A DNA stretch of 64,000 nucleotides from an uncultured Pseudomonadota bacterium (lineage in GTDB: Bacteria; Vulcanimicrobiota; Vulcanimicrobiia; Eremiobacterales; Eremiobacteraceae). Under the pieces are notes generated by a model. It was not told the origin of the DNA and did not search any database. It saw only the letters and a list, made by a program, of their open reading frames with translations. The DNA lies in assembly GCA_963736005.1 (NCBI GenBank), contig CAVTNB010000003.1:32001-96000 (forward strand), given 5' to 3'. Positions within the stretch are counted from its first letter, which is position 1. Each line of letters opens with the position of its first letter. This document shows positions 19,044-29,895 of this stretch, in pieces. Made by a program: the position numbers and the translations under genes.

Positions 19044-20473
19044 ACTGCCCCCGTCAGGGTTCCCGTCGCCTTCTTCAGCGCTGCTATGCCCAAGAGATAT
19101 GCCACCTGCGCATTCACTAAGTCCTTTGCCGCGGTGAGGTATGACTGCTGCGCCGCAGCGACGTCGGTCTGGCTGATGATTCCCACTTTGTACTGAGCCG
19201 CGGAAATGAAGGCAGCCTGCTTCGCAACTTCGACGTTGCTCGCGGCGAGCGTCAAGTTATCTCGGTCGACCAGTAGACGCCGAACAGCCTGGTCGACATC
19301 GATCAAAGCTTGTTGCTTCGTGCTCGCCAGCTGGGCTATCTGCGAGTCGATCTCGCGATGTGCGCTCGTGTGAGCCGCATGCAGCGTACCATAGTCGATG
19401 AGGGGCAGCGTCCAGGTCGAGATGATCGAGATCTCGTAGAAATGCGATCCACCTGGCTCGCACGCCGATGGCGGATTGCCCGCCGCGACGCAGGCGTTGA
19501 AATTATTAAGGATCAACGCGTTATTCGTAGGCGACACTTGGTTGCCCCACGCCCCCGTCATCTGGACGTTCGGTCGGTTGGGCGCGTCAACCATGTTATC
19601 ACTGATCAGCGCAGCGTTGAGCTGCGCTTCCGCGATGGCCACCTCGGGGCGGTTCGCCAAAGCAAGCTGGTCGAGCGCGTTGCGGTCAAGGTTCGGCAGC
19701 GGCGGCTCCGGCAAGGTGCTTGGAATAGCGAACTGTTGCGCCATTGGCGCGCCGATGAGCTGCGCGAGGTTTTCTCGTGCATCCTCTTGGTCCGCTTGCG
19801 CGGAGGCAAACTGCTCGAGGGCAGACGTGTAGGCGACTTGCGCCTTGAGCCGATCCAAGCCTGCCACTTTTCCGGCACGGTAATTGACATCGGCGATTTG
19901 CGTGAGCGTGCGGTTATAGTTGACATTCTCCTGTGCGATGCCGGTGAGTTGCTCGTCTTGCGCGACGGCATAAAATGATGTTTCGACGTTTTGCGTCGAC
20001 TGCTCTTGTGCGAGAACGAGTTGCTGTTTCGCCTGATCGTACGCTTGCTTGTCGCTTCTGGCTTGATCGATGTTCGTGAGGTTCAAGCCGTTAAAGTTTG
20101 CGCGCAGTGCAGCAGTATTTTGAGAAAAGGTGGGGGCAACAGGCACGCCGATTTGTGCGAACTGTCCGCTGTTGGCGCTCTTCTGCATCTGATTTTGGAG
20201 GTTTCCGCTGACTGTTGGGAGCGTCGCGGCGCGATCGCGCGCCAGCGTCGCGCCGGCGTCGGACACGGCGGCCGAAGCTTTGATCACCGCAGGATTGTGC
20301 GCCAGCCCGAAGTCGACCGCTTGCTCCAGCGTCATGGGTTGGGTTGCATCCGGGCTCGTGCCACTTGCGCGCGCGGCATCTTGCGCAAACACGAGCGCGA
20401 ACACCGCAAGCGCGCACGTCAAGGACGCAAACAGTGCAACCCTAGCGCGGCAGCCTGGAACGCCTCCCATCAT
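19040..20473 (-). CDS. TolC family outer membrane efflux protein
   Basis: Signal peptide, LEQAVDFGLAHNP, ALANRPEV, YKVGIISQTDV pattern; overlaps the MFP gene. Confidence 0.88.
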   Translation of the reverse strand: MMGGVPGCRARVALFASLTCALAVFALVFAQDAARASGTSPDATQPMTLEQAVDFGLAHNPAVIKASAAVSDAGATLARDRAATLPTVSGNLQNQMQKSANSGQFAQIGVPVAPTFSQNTAALRANFNGLNLTNIDQARSDKQAYDQAKQQLVLAQEQSTQNVETSFYAVAQDEQLTGIAQENVNYNRTLTQIADVNYRAGKVAGLDRLKAQVAYTSALEQFASAQADQEDARENLAQLIGAPMAQQFAIPSTLPEPPLPNLDRNALDQLALANRPEVAIAEAQLNAALISDNMVDAPNRPNVQMTGAWGNQVSPTNNALILNNFNACVAAGNPPSACEPGGSHFYEISIISTWTLPLIDYGTLHAAHTSAHREIDSQIAQLASTKQQALIDVDQAVRRLLVDRDNLTLAASNVEVAKQAAFISAAQYKVGIISQTDVAAAQQSYLTAAKDLVNAQVAYLLGIAALKKATGTLTGAV

Positions 20474-21201
20474 TTGGCGAAAAGCGCGCCAAGACAGGCC
20501 ACGAGGAGGGCGAGGACCACAACCGTCGCAATCGCAGCACCACGGCTCATTTTCATAACTTGCTCGAGCGCGATAACAGCAGCAATGTAGAACCAGATGT
20601 TAATGATGTTGAATCCGTAGAGAAACATCTCGACCTTGGGCGAACCGTGCACGAACATACCCAAGGAGGGGAGCGCGTACATATCGGCAGCGGTGTTGAC
20701 GCTATTCACCCCCCGCAACATAACGATGATCGCGCTGATGATGCTTCCAAGAGCCGCGATGATGTAGAGGTTGACGGCGATGACCCATGCACCTTTGAAG
20801 CGCGCTTCTCCGCCGCTCAGCGAAGCACCGATAATGTAGACGACCGCTCCGACCAGCCAGAAGAGCCAGGGCACGATGGCCGCAGCAACCAAGCCGAAGA
20901 CTGCATAGAACGACGAGGGGAGCTTCGCCATGGCTTGACGCGCGGCGGCGGCTTGATCTGCCGACATTTGCGAGAGCTGCTTCTCTTGCGCGATGTGCGT
21001 GAAGTGCATCGTCGCGGGAAGTAAGATGAAGGTACCAATGAGGGTCAGCAGGATACCGATGATCGCAGCCCAGCCCCACGTCGGGACTCGCGCTAAAGTG
21101 GCGAACGCTTCACCAGGAGCATACAGGACCTTGAGATAGGTAACCACGCCGTTTGATCGTTCGGTTGGCGCCGTCGAAAAATGGTCAGGTGTCAGACTCA
21201 T
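20470..21201 (-). CDS. Yip1 family membrane protein
   Basis: VLYAPGEAFATL..P.W N-terminal motif and about 5 TM helices; first gene of the exporter operon; AGAGGAG RBS. Confidence 0.75.
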   Translation of the reverse strand: MSLTPDHFSTAPTERSNGVVTYLKVLYAPGEAFATLARVPTWGWAAIIGILLTLIGTFILLPATMHFTHIAQEKQLSQMSADQAAAARQAMAKLPSSFYAVFGLVAAAIVPWLFWLVGAVVYIIGASLSGGEARFKGAWVIAVNLYIIAALGSIISAIIVMLRGVNSVNTAADMYALPSLGMFVHGSPKVEMFLYGFNIINIWFYIAAVIALEQVMKMSRGAAIATVVVLALLVACLGALFAK

Positions 21202-21344
21202 GAGTACTCCTCTTTACTTGCCACATGAGCAATCCCGCCTGGGGCATAGGCCTGGGCAAGCCTCGGCATTCGACCCATGTGCTCAATTACCCGCGCGAGT
21301 TCACGACAGACTGCCGGAAATGAAAAAGTGCGTGCGCGACTGCT

Positions 21345-22517
21345 TCAGTTCTCGTTGCTGGTATTCCAGGCTGGCTTAGGATGAAAGTTGGGCGTGGAAA
21401 TAAGACGCACTTGCCTGTTCGGGGACGCGACGACAAATGCACCCTCATCCTCCCGCGTAAAGGTGTAGGGCTTACCGCTTAGGGCGATCTGTCGTGCTCG
21501 TGCGTACGCTGCGGCATCCGGCACAAAGAGATGGCGTCCGATGTGTAGCACGGTGACGTTAAAAAAAGCAGCCATGATAACCGAGCACGCGAGAGCATAT
21601 TTGGCGAGCACTGGCCGGCGCGCGATGGCAATGGCTGCACCAATCGCAATGAGCGTGACAAGCGGTACGGAATAGTGGGTACCGGCACGTGCCATGGGGT
21701 AGGCCCAGTACCCATTCATCGTAATTTCGGCGACCAGGGGGAAGGCAAGCGCAATGCGCCAGCCAAGGGCGAGCGGCGCAAAGGCAAATGGCGCGAGCAC
21801 CTCAGCCAGGAACGCCAAGTCCTGCCTCCACCACTGTATCTGCAACCCATACTCGGGGCCGACCGGTCTATGGCCAAGAGCGAAAAGGATGCCGTAATAG
21901 ATTGCGCCGTTGACGGCGGCCAGCCCAATAACGGCCCAGCCAAAGCGGCGATCGTACCAAATCGCTGCGGCGATGCCGAACCATGCGAGAAACCAGATTT
22001 GGTCCTCCTTCACTCCCATCAAGAGCTGCGCGAGCACTAAGGTAGTGAGCAGCGAACGGCGCTGCACCGCAAGCGCCAGCGAAAAAGCAAGCAACGGCAC
22101 GAAGACGTTTTCGGAAAAATCCATGTAGGCGAAGCCTTGCGTCGACGGACTGACCAGATAGGCGAGCGCGAGCAGCTGTGCGGGCACGTCCGCGAGGCCG
22201 CACCCACGAGCAAAATAGTAAAGCGGCAGTGCAGCAAGACTAATGGCAAGAACTTGAATGACGAGCAGCGTTTCCGGTCGCGGAAACATGGCCGCAAGCG
22301 GAGCAAGGATCAAGAGCGCCCACGAGTCGTGGACTGCAAGATGAGGCTGCCCCTCGGGCCAGTTGAACGTCGAACCGGAATGCGCAAAGTTGAGCAGCGT
22401 CTGTAGGAAGGTGCCGACGTCCGAGCCGTAGCGTAACGCATAGAGCTTGTTGAGATCTAAGAAAATGTAGATCCCGGTGAAGGCAACGATACCAAACCAA
22501 ACGTAACGCGGCGTCAA
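21345..22517 (-). CDS. DUF2079 family membrane protein (GT-C-like putative glycosyltransferase)
   Basis: DVGTFLQ, HLAVHDS, TLLVIQ, DFSE and MGVKED motifs with many TM helices. Confidence 0.75.
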   Translation of the reverse strand: MTPRYVWFGIVAFTGIYIFLDLNKLYALRYGSDVGTFLQTLLNFAHSGSTFNWPEGQPHLAVHDSWALLILAPLAAMFPRPETLLVIQVLAISLAALPLYYFARGCGLADVPAQLLALAYLVSPSTQGFAYMDFSENVFVPLLAFSLALAVQRRSLLTTLVLAQLLMGVKEDQIWFLAWFGIAAAIWYDRRFGWAVIGLAAVNGAIYYGILFALGHRPVGPEYGLQIQWWRQDLAFLAEVLAPFAFAPLALGWRIALAFPLVAEITMNGYWAYPMARAGTHYSVPLVTLIAIGAAIAIARRPVLAKYALACSVIMAAFFNVTVLHIGRHLFVPDAAAYARARQIALSGKPYTFTREDEGAFVVASPNRQVRLISTPNFHPKPAWNTSNEN

Positions 22518-22563
22518 TATTGACCAATGTCGAAAGTTTGGGCGCTAGCGATGCCGGAACCTT

Positions 22564-22647
22564 GCGCGCGAATAAATTCGCGCGACTACATTGGGGCGAT
22601 TTTCCAATCGCCCCCTACACATGCGCGAAGAAATTCGCGCGACTAGA
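22564..22647 (-). repeat. Composite REP cluster C-B-C
   Basis: gcgcgcgaataaattcgcgcgactaca, ggggcgattttccaatcgccccctaca and gcgcgaagaaattcgcgcgactaga, all in the same orientation. Confidence 0.88.
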
Positions 22648-22649
22648 TT

Positions 22650-23867
22650 TTATTCGTGTCGCAGGGCTTCGATAGGGTTGAGCAGCGAGGCGCGCCTGGC
22701 TGGATAGAATCCAAACACGATACCGACCAGCGCTGCGAAGGTGAACGACATGATAATCGACACGGGTGAGACGATAACCGTCCAACCGCCAAGCGCAGAC
22801 GCGAGGAACGAGGAGAGCAGTCCGGCGAGAATCCCGATAATGCCGCCGATCAAGGCGAGCACGACCGCTTCCACAAGGAACTGAAGCATCACATCGCGCT
22901 CTTTTGCACCCACGGCCATGCGAATGCCAATTTCACGCGTTCGCTCGGTCACAGATACGAGCATGATGTTCATGATCCCAATGCCCCCAACGATCAGAGA
23001 GACTGCTGCAACGCTCGCCAGCAACACTGACTGCACGCGTGACGTGGCGCTCGCTGCTTGCTGGACATTGGAGATGTTGCGAATTGAGAAATCGTCAGGC
23101 TGTTTCGGCGTGAGGCCGTGCCGCAAGCGCAGCAGCGATTCCGTCGAACTGATGATAGCGGCCACTTGATCAGGCGATTGCGCAGAGATCGTTATGGAGC
23201 TCAGCCAGTTTTGGCCCGTGAGTCGAATCTGCAACGAGTTGAGGGGAATGACGACCTGATCGTCCTGATCCCTGCCAAAGCCTGTCTGACCCTTTGACGC
23301 GAGCACCCCAATGACTTGGAAGGGCACGTTGTGGATGACCACCGTCTGGCCAACTGGGTTTGTTGTGGGAAAGAGATTGGTTACCACGGTTTGACCGAGC
23401 ACAGCCACCTTCGCCATCTCCTGATTTTCGTCAGAGGTGAAGAATCGGCCGCTTCCAACTGCCCAAGCATTTGCCTGAAGCCACGATGGCGTCGTTCCAA
23501 GAATTTGCGTCGCCCAGTTATTGCCGCCCGCAACCACTTGCGCTGACGTGCCTGCTTGGGGGGCCACGGCCGCCGCGCCCGGTATCTGCGCAGCGATGGC
23601 GGCTGCATCGCTTGCTCGCAGCGATTGACGCGCGCCCGAGCCAAGGCTCACTCCACCCTGGATGATGTTGCCCGGGACGACGACGACGAGGTTGCTGCCG
23701 AGCCGTGCTAGTTGCGCCGCCACCGCAGCGCTCGCCCCGTTGCCGATCGCCATTGAGGTGATGACCGCGCCGACACCAATGATGATGCCGAGCATGGTGA
23801 GGATCGAGCGGAATGCATTAAGGACGAGCGCCTGCCATGCAACGTTGAACAGCGATCTCATGTTCAT
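22650..23867 (-). CDS. ABC transporter permease (MacB type)
   Basis: RSILTMLGIIIGVGAV, GIMNIMLVSVTERTREIGIRMAVGA, LNPIEALRHE. Confidence 0.94.
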   Translation of the reverse strand: MNMRSLFNVAWQALVLNAFRSILTMLGIIIGVGAVITSMAIGNGASAAVAAQLARLGSNLVVVVPGNIIQGGVSLGSGARQSLRASDAAAIAAQIPGAAAVAPQAGTSAQVVAGGNNWATQILGTTPSWLQANAWAVGSGRFFTSDENQEMAKVAVLGQTVVTNLFPTTNPVGQTVVIHNVPFQVIGVLASKGQTGFGRDQDDQVVIPLNSLQIRLTGQNWLSSITISAQSPDQVAAIISSTESLLRLRHGLTPKQPDDFSIRNISNVQQAASATSRVQSVLLASVAAVSLIVGGIGIMNIMLVSVTERTREIGIRMAVGAKERDVMLQFLVEAVVLALIGGIIGILAGLLSSFLASALGGWTVIVSPVSIIMSFTFAALVGIVFGFYPARRASLLNPIEALRHE

Positions 23868-24568
23868 GCAGCCACCGCCTTGTCGTTCACGATCTGACCG
23901 TCGCGGAACGTAATCTCCCGTTTTGCCCAGGCCGCGATGTCGGGCTCGTGCGTGACCAAGACAATGGAAATGCCCCGCGAGTCGTTGAGACCGCGGAAGA
24001 GTTGCATGATCTCTTTGCTGCTGGCTGAATCCAAGTTGCCGGTCGGCTCATCCGCGAGAATCAGGGACGGCTGGTTGACCAAGGCGCGCGCGATCGCAAC
24101 GCGCTGCTGCTGGCCGCCTGAGAGTTCTGTGGGTCTGTGATGCAGTCGCTCGCCCAAGCCGACGCTCACGAGCGCTTCGCGAGCCCGAGTCTCGCGCTCT
24201 TGGGGCGGGACCGAAGCGTAGAGCATTGGGAGCGCCACGTTGTCGAGCGCCGTTGTGCGAGCAAGCAGGTTAAAGCCTTGGAAGACGAAGCCGATGCGCT
24301 TGTTGCGAATCGCCGCCAATTCGTCGCGCGACATGGTTGCCACATCCTGGCCCTCCAAGAAGATGGATCCAGAGCTTGGTGAATCCAAGCAGCCGATGAG
24401 GTTCATAAAAGTTGACTTGCCCGATCCGGAGGCGCCCATGACAGCGACGAACTCACCCGGCGCGACCGCAACCGAGACGCCGTTGAGCGCATTGACTTGC
24501 ATCGAGCCCAATTGATAGATCTTGTGCAAATCGCGCGTTTCGACGACCGGGGACCGCTTGGCGTCCAT
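23864..24568 (-). CDS. ABC transporter ATP-binding protein (MacB type)
   Basis: [30 protein letters not shown]. Confidence 0.95.
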   Translation of the reverse strand: MDAKRSPVVETRDLHKIYQLGSMQVNALNGVSVAVAPGEFVAVMGASGSGKSTFMNLIGCLDSPSSGSIFLEGQDVATMSRDELAAIRNKRIGFVFQGFNLLARTTALDNVALPMLYASVPPQERETRAREALVSVGLGERLHHRPTELSGGQQQRVAIARALVNQPSLILADEPTGNLDSASSKEIMQLFRGLNDSRGISIVLVTHEPDIAAWAKREITFRDGQIVNDKAVAA

Positions 24569-26013
24569 CAACCGCGCCCCGCTCCGAGGCCGGGACCCAA
24601 CCCGGTTGGACTCGAACCGCTGGTGGAGCTACTGCGAATTTCACTCGTAATGACAAGGTCACCAGATTTCAGGCTGCCTTGCGCTACTTCAACGTTGTTG
24701 CCATCTGAGTATCCGATCACAACGGGCGTTGCGACGGGCTTGTTCTTGGCCAACACCCAGAGGGTCACGTGTGAGCCGGGCGCGCCCGCCACAGGCGGGG
24801 GCGACGACGATGCACTGGGTGCGCCGCTTGCCCCGGCCGCACGGCTTGCGCCAGCGGTGTGCGAAGCGTGTTGAGCCGAGGGCCGATACAGCAGCGCTGC
24901 CAGCGGCACCGTCAGGACGTTCGAGCGGTGCACGACATCGATCGTGACGTTCGCCGTCATGCCCGGCTTGAGACGTTCTTGCTCGTCGTGCACGATGACG
25001 ACCGCGTCGTACGTGACGACGTTTTGTACCGTCGTCGGATTCACGCGCACTTGGTTGACGATGCCCTTAAAGACAACGTTTGGGTATGCGGGCGCGGTAA
25101 TATACGCGGTTTGACCGGCGCGGAGCTGACCAACATCGGCTTCGTCGACCGAGACGTCAACTTCCATGTCCTTGAGACTCGAGGCAATCACAAACAGTGT
25201 GGGCGTTTGTAGCGAGGCGGCAACCGTTTGGCCAACGCTGACATTGCGCGACACCACGATGCCATCGATGGGACTCGTAATGACCGTACGGCTGAGATTA
25301 TAATTCGCTTGTTCGGCTTGCGCCGCTGCAACCTCCACCTGCGCCCGCGAAGCTAGAGCCTGACTCTGTGAGACTTGCTCGCCCGCGTTTGCTCCCACTA
25401 CCTGCGCCGTGCCGCCCCTCGCCTGCTGCTCTGCCGCGGCCAATGCTTGCAGATTACTGTTTTCGGCCGCCAGGTCTGTGTCCAACTGACTTTGCGAGAT
25501 GTAACCCTGAGCCATCAGCGCACGATCGCGGCTTACCGTGATGCTTGATAAGGTCTCTTGCGCTTGAGCTTTCTTGACGTTCGCGATGAGCTGCTGTTCG
25601 TTCGCCTGCATGTTCTGCGTGTTAGCGGCATTTTGGGCCACCGTACCTGATCCGGCGGCTGCTTGGGCCTTCGCAACGTCAAGGGTGGCATTGGCCTGAT
25701 CGGCCGCGGCTTGGAAGCTCGTCGGATCGAGTTTGGCGAGAACTTCACCCTTGCGCACGATGGAATTGTAGTCCACGAACAACTGCGAAATCGTGCCGGA
25801 CACTTGCGTGCCGACGTTGACCTCGTCGACTGGGTTGACGGTGCCGGTTTCTTCGATCACCGAGTTGACGTCCGCGTACTGCGCCTGAGCCGTCACATAG
25901 TGAGTGTCGTTTTTGCTCTGCGAAGCATGCACGACAAAAAGAACAATAACGAGTGCCGCGACAGCAACTCCGCCGATGAGAAGTGGTTTCCTGTTCTTGA
26001 AATTCATACTCAT
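24568..26013 (-). CDS. Efflux membrane fusion protein (MacA type)
   Basis: GTVNPVDEVNVGTQVSGTI, ITSPIDGIVVSRNVSVGQTVAASLQTPTLF, LKPGMTANV. Start 26007-26040. Confidence 0.92.
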   Translation of the reverse strand: MSMNFKNRKPLLIGGVAVAALVIVLFVVHASQSKNDTHYVTAQAQYADVNSVIEETGTVNPVDEVNVGTQVSGTISQLFVDYNSIVRKGEVLAKLDPTSFQAAADQANATLDVAKAQAAAGSGTVAQNAANTQNMQANEQQLIANVKKAQAQETLSSITVSRDRALMAQGYISQSQLDTDLAAENSNLQALAAAEQQARGGTAQVVGANAGEQVSQSQALASRAQVEVAAAQAEQANYNLSRTVITSPIDGIVVSRNVSVGQTVAASLQTPTLFVIASSLKDMEVDVSVDEADVGQLRAGQTAYITAPAYPNVVFKGIVNQVRVNPTTVQNVVTYDAVVIVHDEQERLKPGMTANVTIDVVHRSNVLTVPLAALLYRPSAQHASHTAGASRAAGASGAPSASSSPPPVAGAPGSHVTLWVLAKNKPVATPVVIGYSDGNNVEVAQGSLKSGDLVITSEIRSSSTSGSSPTGLGPGLGAGRG

Positions 26014-26205
26014 TCCAACCTTCGTCGCTCTATCGATCATTCCCTAATGGAACGTGAATTGGTGAGCACGTTTCATGAGAGAAAGGTGAAGTCGTTCCGG
26101 TTTCCGACCAACGTCGAAGGTTCACCGCGTCTATTGTACCGCTAGATTCATAGAAGTGGCTGAGACAGCGGACGTGGAATGTGTGATGCAGTGAGGAGGC
26201 CTTTG

Positions 26206-26976
26206 TTGAAACGCTTGTTTTTGCCTTTGATTGGTGCAGTTGTGTGCGCGCTCATCTTCGCAAGGGCGGCCGGAGCGGACACGTCTCCAGTTCCTGCTGC
26301 CTCACCAAACCTCGCAACGATCATGGGCAGATATACACAGGCGCTCGGCGGGCGCGACTTGCTGTCGAAAATCACCACGCAGGTTTCAGTCTTTAGCTTT
26401 ATGATTGCCGGCCACACGATGGTCGTCACCACGACAACCAAAGCTCCGACATTTTATCTCCAAGTGGTCGCGCCCGAAGGTGGGGGCGTTAAGCTGACGA
26501 CGGGCTTCAATGGAAAGCTTGCTTGGTTGCAGGATCAAAGCGGCGTCGTGCATCTTCTCGCAGGCCAACGACGATCAGAACTCATTACTGATGCAGTTGC
26601 AGCAAACAGCTCTGAGATCTTTAGCGACCGCTGGCCCACAATCGTGTCACTGAAACCTTCGGAGACAATCGATGGGAAGTTGTATTATGTCGTCAACGTC
26701 GCTCCCAAGGCTGGCATCCCACACGACATGCTCATCGACACGCACACGTTCCAACCGATGATGGATCGATCGGTTGAGCCGGATGCCACATCAATCTCGA
26801 CGGTGGATGCCTTTGGCGCCGGACCCTTAGGCGAGCTGTACCCCACAAGTCTGACGACCACGCGCTCGGATGGCTTTCCAACCATTACCTCAACGATGCG
26901 CACGGTCAAAGATAATGTGCCGGTTGCGAATTCTCTCTTCTCGCCGCCCGCAAGCCAAGGAACGGAGACCATCTAG
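26206..26976 (+). CDS. Secreted hypothetical protein (LolA-like/lipoprotein-sorting fold suspected)
   Basis: GAGGAGG RBS, TTG start and signal peptide; ..YTQALGG.., GFNGKLAW, ETIDGKLYYVV and NVPVANSLFSPP pattern. Confidence 0.7.
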   Translation: MKRLFLPLIGAVVCALIFARAAGADTSPVPAASPNLATIMGRYTQALGGRDLLSKITTQVSVFSFMIAGHTMVVTTTTKAPTFYLQVVAPEGGGVKLTTGFNGKLAWLQDQSGVVHLLAGQRRSELITDAVAANSSEIFSDRWPTIVSLKPSETIDGKLYYVVNVAPKAGIPHDMLIDTHTFQPMMDRSVEPDATSISTVDAFGAGPLGELYPTSLTTTRSDGFPTITSTMRTVKDNVPVANSLFSPPASQGTETI

Positions 26977-26981
26977 CGACC

Positions 26982-28728
<1,747 letters not shown>

Positions 28729-28732
<4 letters not shown>

Positions 28733-28815
28733 TGTTCGAATTTACTCTCGCAAGTAGTGTCGCGAATTTACTCTCGCAATGTAGTGTCGCGAATTTATTC
28801 GCGACAATAATGTAG
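28729..28815 (+). repeat. Tandem array of three REP family C units (progressively degenerate) plus a terminal GTAG
   Basis: GTAG at 28729, 28754, 28781 and 28812. The third unit is a perfect TGTCGCGAAT-TT-ATTCGCGACA palindrome. Confidence 0.85.
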
Positions 28816-28820
28816 CCCAC

Positions 28821-29837
28821 ATGCGCTTGCTCGGCATCGAGACTTCATGCGACGACACAGCCGCTGCTGTGGTGGTGGACGGCTATACCGTGCTGAGCAA
28901 TGTCTTGGCAAGTCAGGATGAATTCCATCGCGAGTATGGTGGCATCGTGCCGGAGATCGCCAGTCGCAAGCACGCGGAGACAATCAATGGGGTGATCGAG
29001 CTCGCGCTGCGCAAAGCTGGGAGTAGCTTTGACCGCCTTGACGGCATTGCGGTCACCTGCGGGCCCGGCTTGCCCGGCAGTCTGGTCGTCGGCGTGGCGG
29101 CCGCTCAAGCCATCGCATTTGCGCGCGACCTGCCTGCCTATGCGGTGAACCATCTGCATGGCCACCTGTTTGCGAACTACCTCGAGAACCCGCAACACCC
29201 CGGACAGCCGGCACCGGCGACCCCATTTCTGTGTTTGGTCGTTTCCGGCGGGCATACGGACTTGATCTTGGTCGAGTCGCCAGGCCGGCATCGAGTGGTC
29301 GGCCGTACGCTCGACGATGCCGCGGGCGAAGCATACGACAAGGTCGCACGACTCTTAGGACTGGGCTTTCCAGGAGGCCCGCTGCTCGATCGTCTCGCCC
29401 AATCCGGCGACAGGCACGCGTTCGAGTTCCCCCGTGGACTCGTCCGCGACTCATCGTTCAATTTCAGTTTTTCGGGATTAAAGACTGCTGTGCGCTACCA
29501 CCTCGACGCTCACCCGCAGGATCGCGAGGACCGGTGTGCAGACCTCGCCGCAAGCTTCCAAGCCGCAGTCGTCGATTCGCTTTGCGAAAAGACGCTTCGA
29601 GCGGCGCGCGAGTTAGAACAAACAACTATTGCCCTTGCGGGAGGCGTCGCGGCAAATTCTTCCTTACGAAGCGAACTCGTCCGCCGTGCTGCCAAAGAGG
29701 GTATCTCGGTGATTATGCCCCCGTTGCAATATTGCACGGACAATGCTGCGATGATTGCCGCAGCAGCATTCTACCGGGGAGATCTCGCCTTGGTACGCCC
29801 AGAGGAACTGCGCGTCGACCCTAACTTTGCGTGGTAG
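28821..29837 (+). CDS. tsaD: tRNA N6-adenosine threonylcarbamoyltransferase TsaD
   Basis: LGIETSCDDT, GGIVPEIASRKH, VNHLHGH, VSGGHT, DDAAGEAYDK, CTDNAAMIA. Confidence 0.96.
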   Translation: MRLLGIETSCDDTAAAVVVDGYTVLSNVLASQDEFHREYGGIVPEIASRKHAETINGVIELALRKAGSSFDRLDGIAVTCGPGLPGSLVVGVAAAQAIAFARDLPAYAVNHLHGHLFANYLENPQHPGQPAPATPFLCLVVSGGHTDLILVESPGRHRVVGRTLDDAAGEAYDKVARLLGLGFPGGPLLDRLAQSGDRHAFEFPRGLVRDSSFNFSFSGLKTAVRYHLDAHPQDREDRCADLAASFQAAVVDSLCEKTLRAARELEQTTIALAGGVAANSSLRSELVRRAAKEGISVIMPPLQYCTDNAAMIAAAAFYRGDLALVRPEELRVDPNFAW

Positions 29838-29840
29838 CCT

Positions 29841-29895
29841 GGGGCGACTTTCCAATCGCCCTCTACAGGGAGCGGACCTAAAGGTCCGCTGCTAC
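29841..29895 (-). repeat. Composite REP cluster A+B between convergent tsaD and pyk
   Basis: ggggcgactttccaatcgccctctaca followed by agcggacctaaaggtccgctgctac. Confidence 0.85.

Noticed and set aside
21234..21259. CCGCCTGGGGCA / CCTGGGCA resembling the 3' end of a ZTP riboswitch
   Set aside because: It is on the wrong strand for the downstream gene, the 5' aptamer half is not visible, and it is not next to purine or folate genes.
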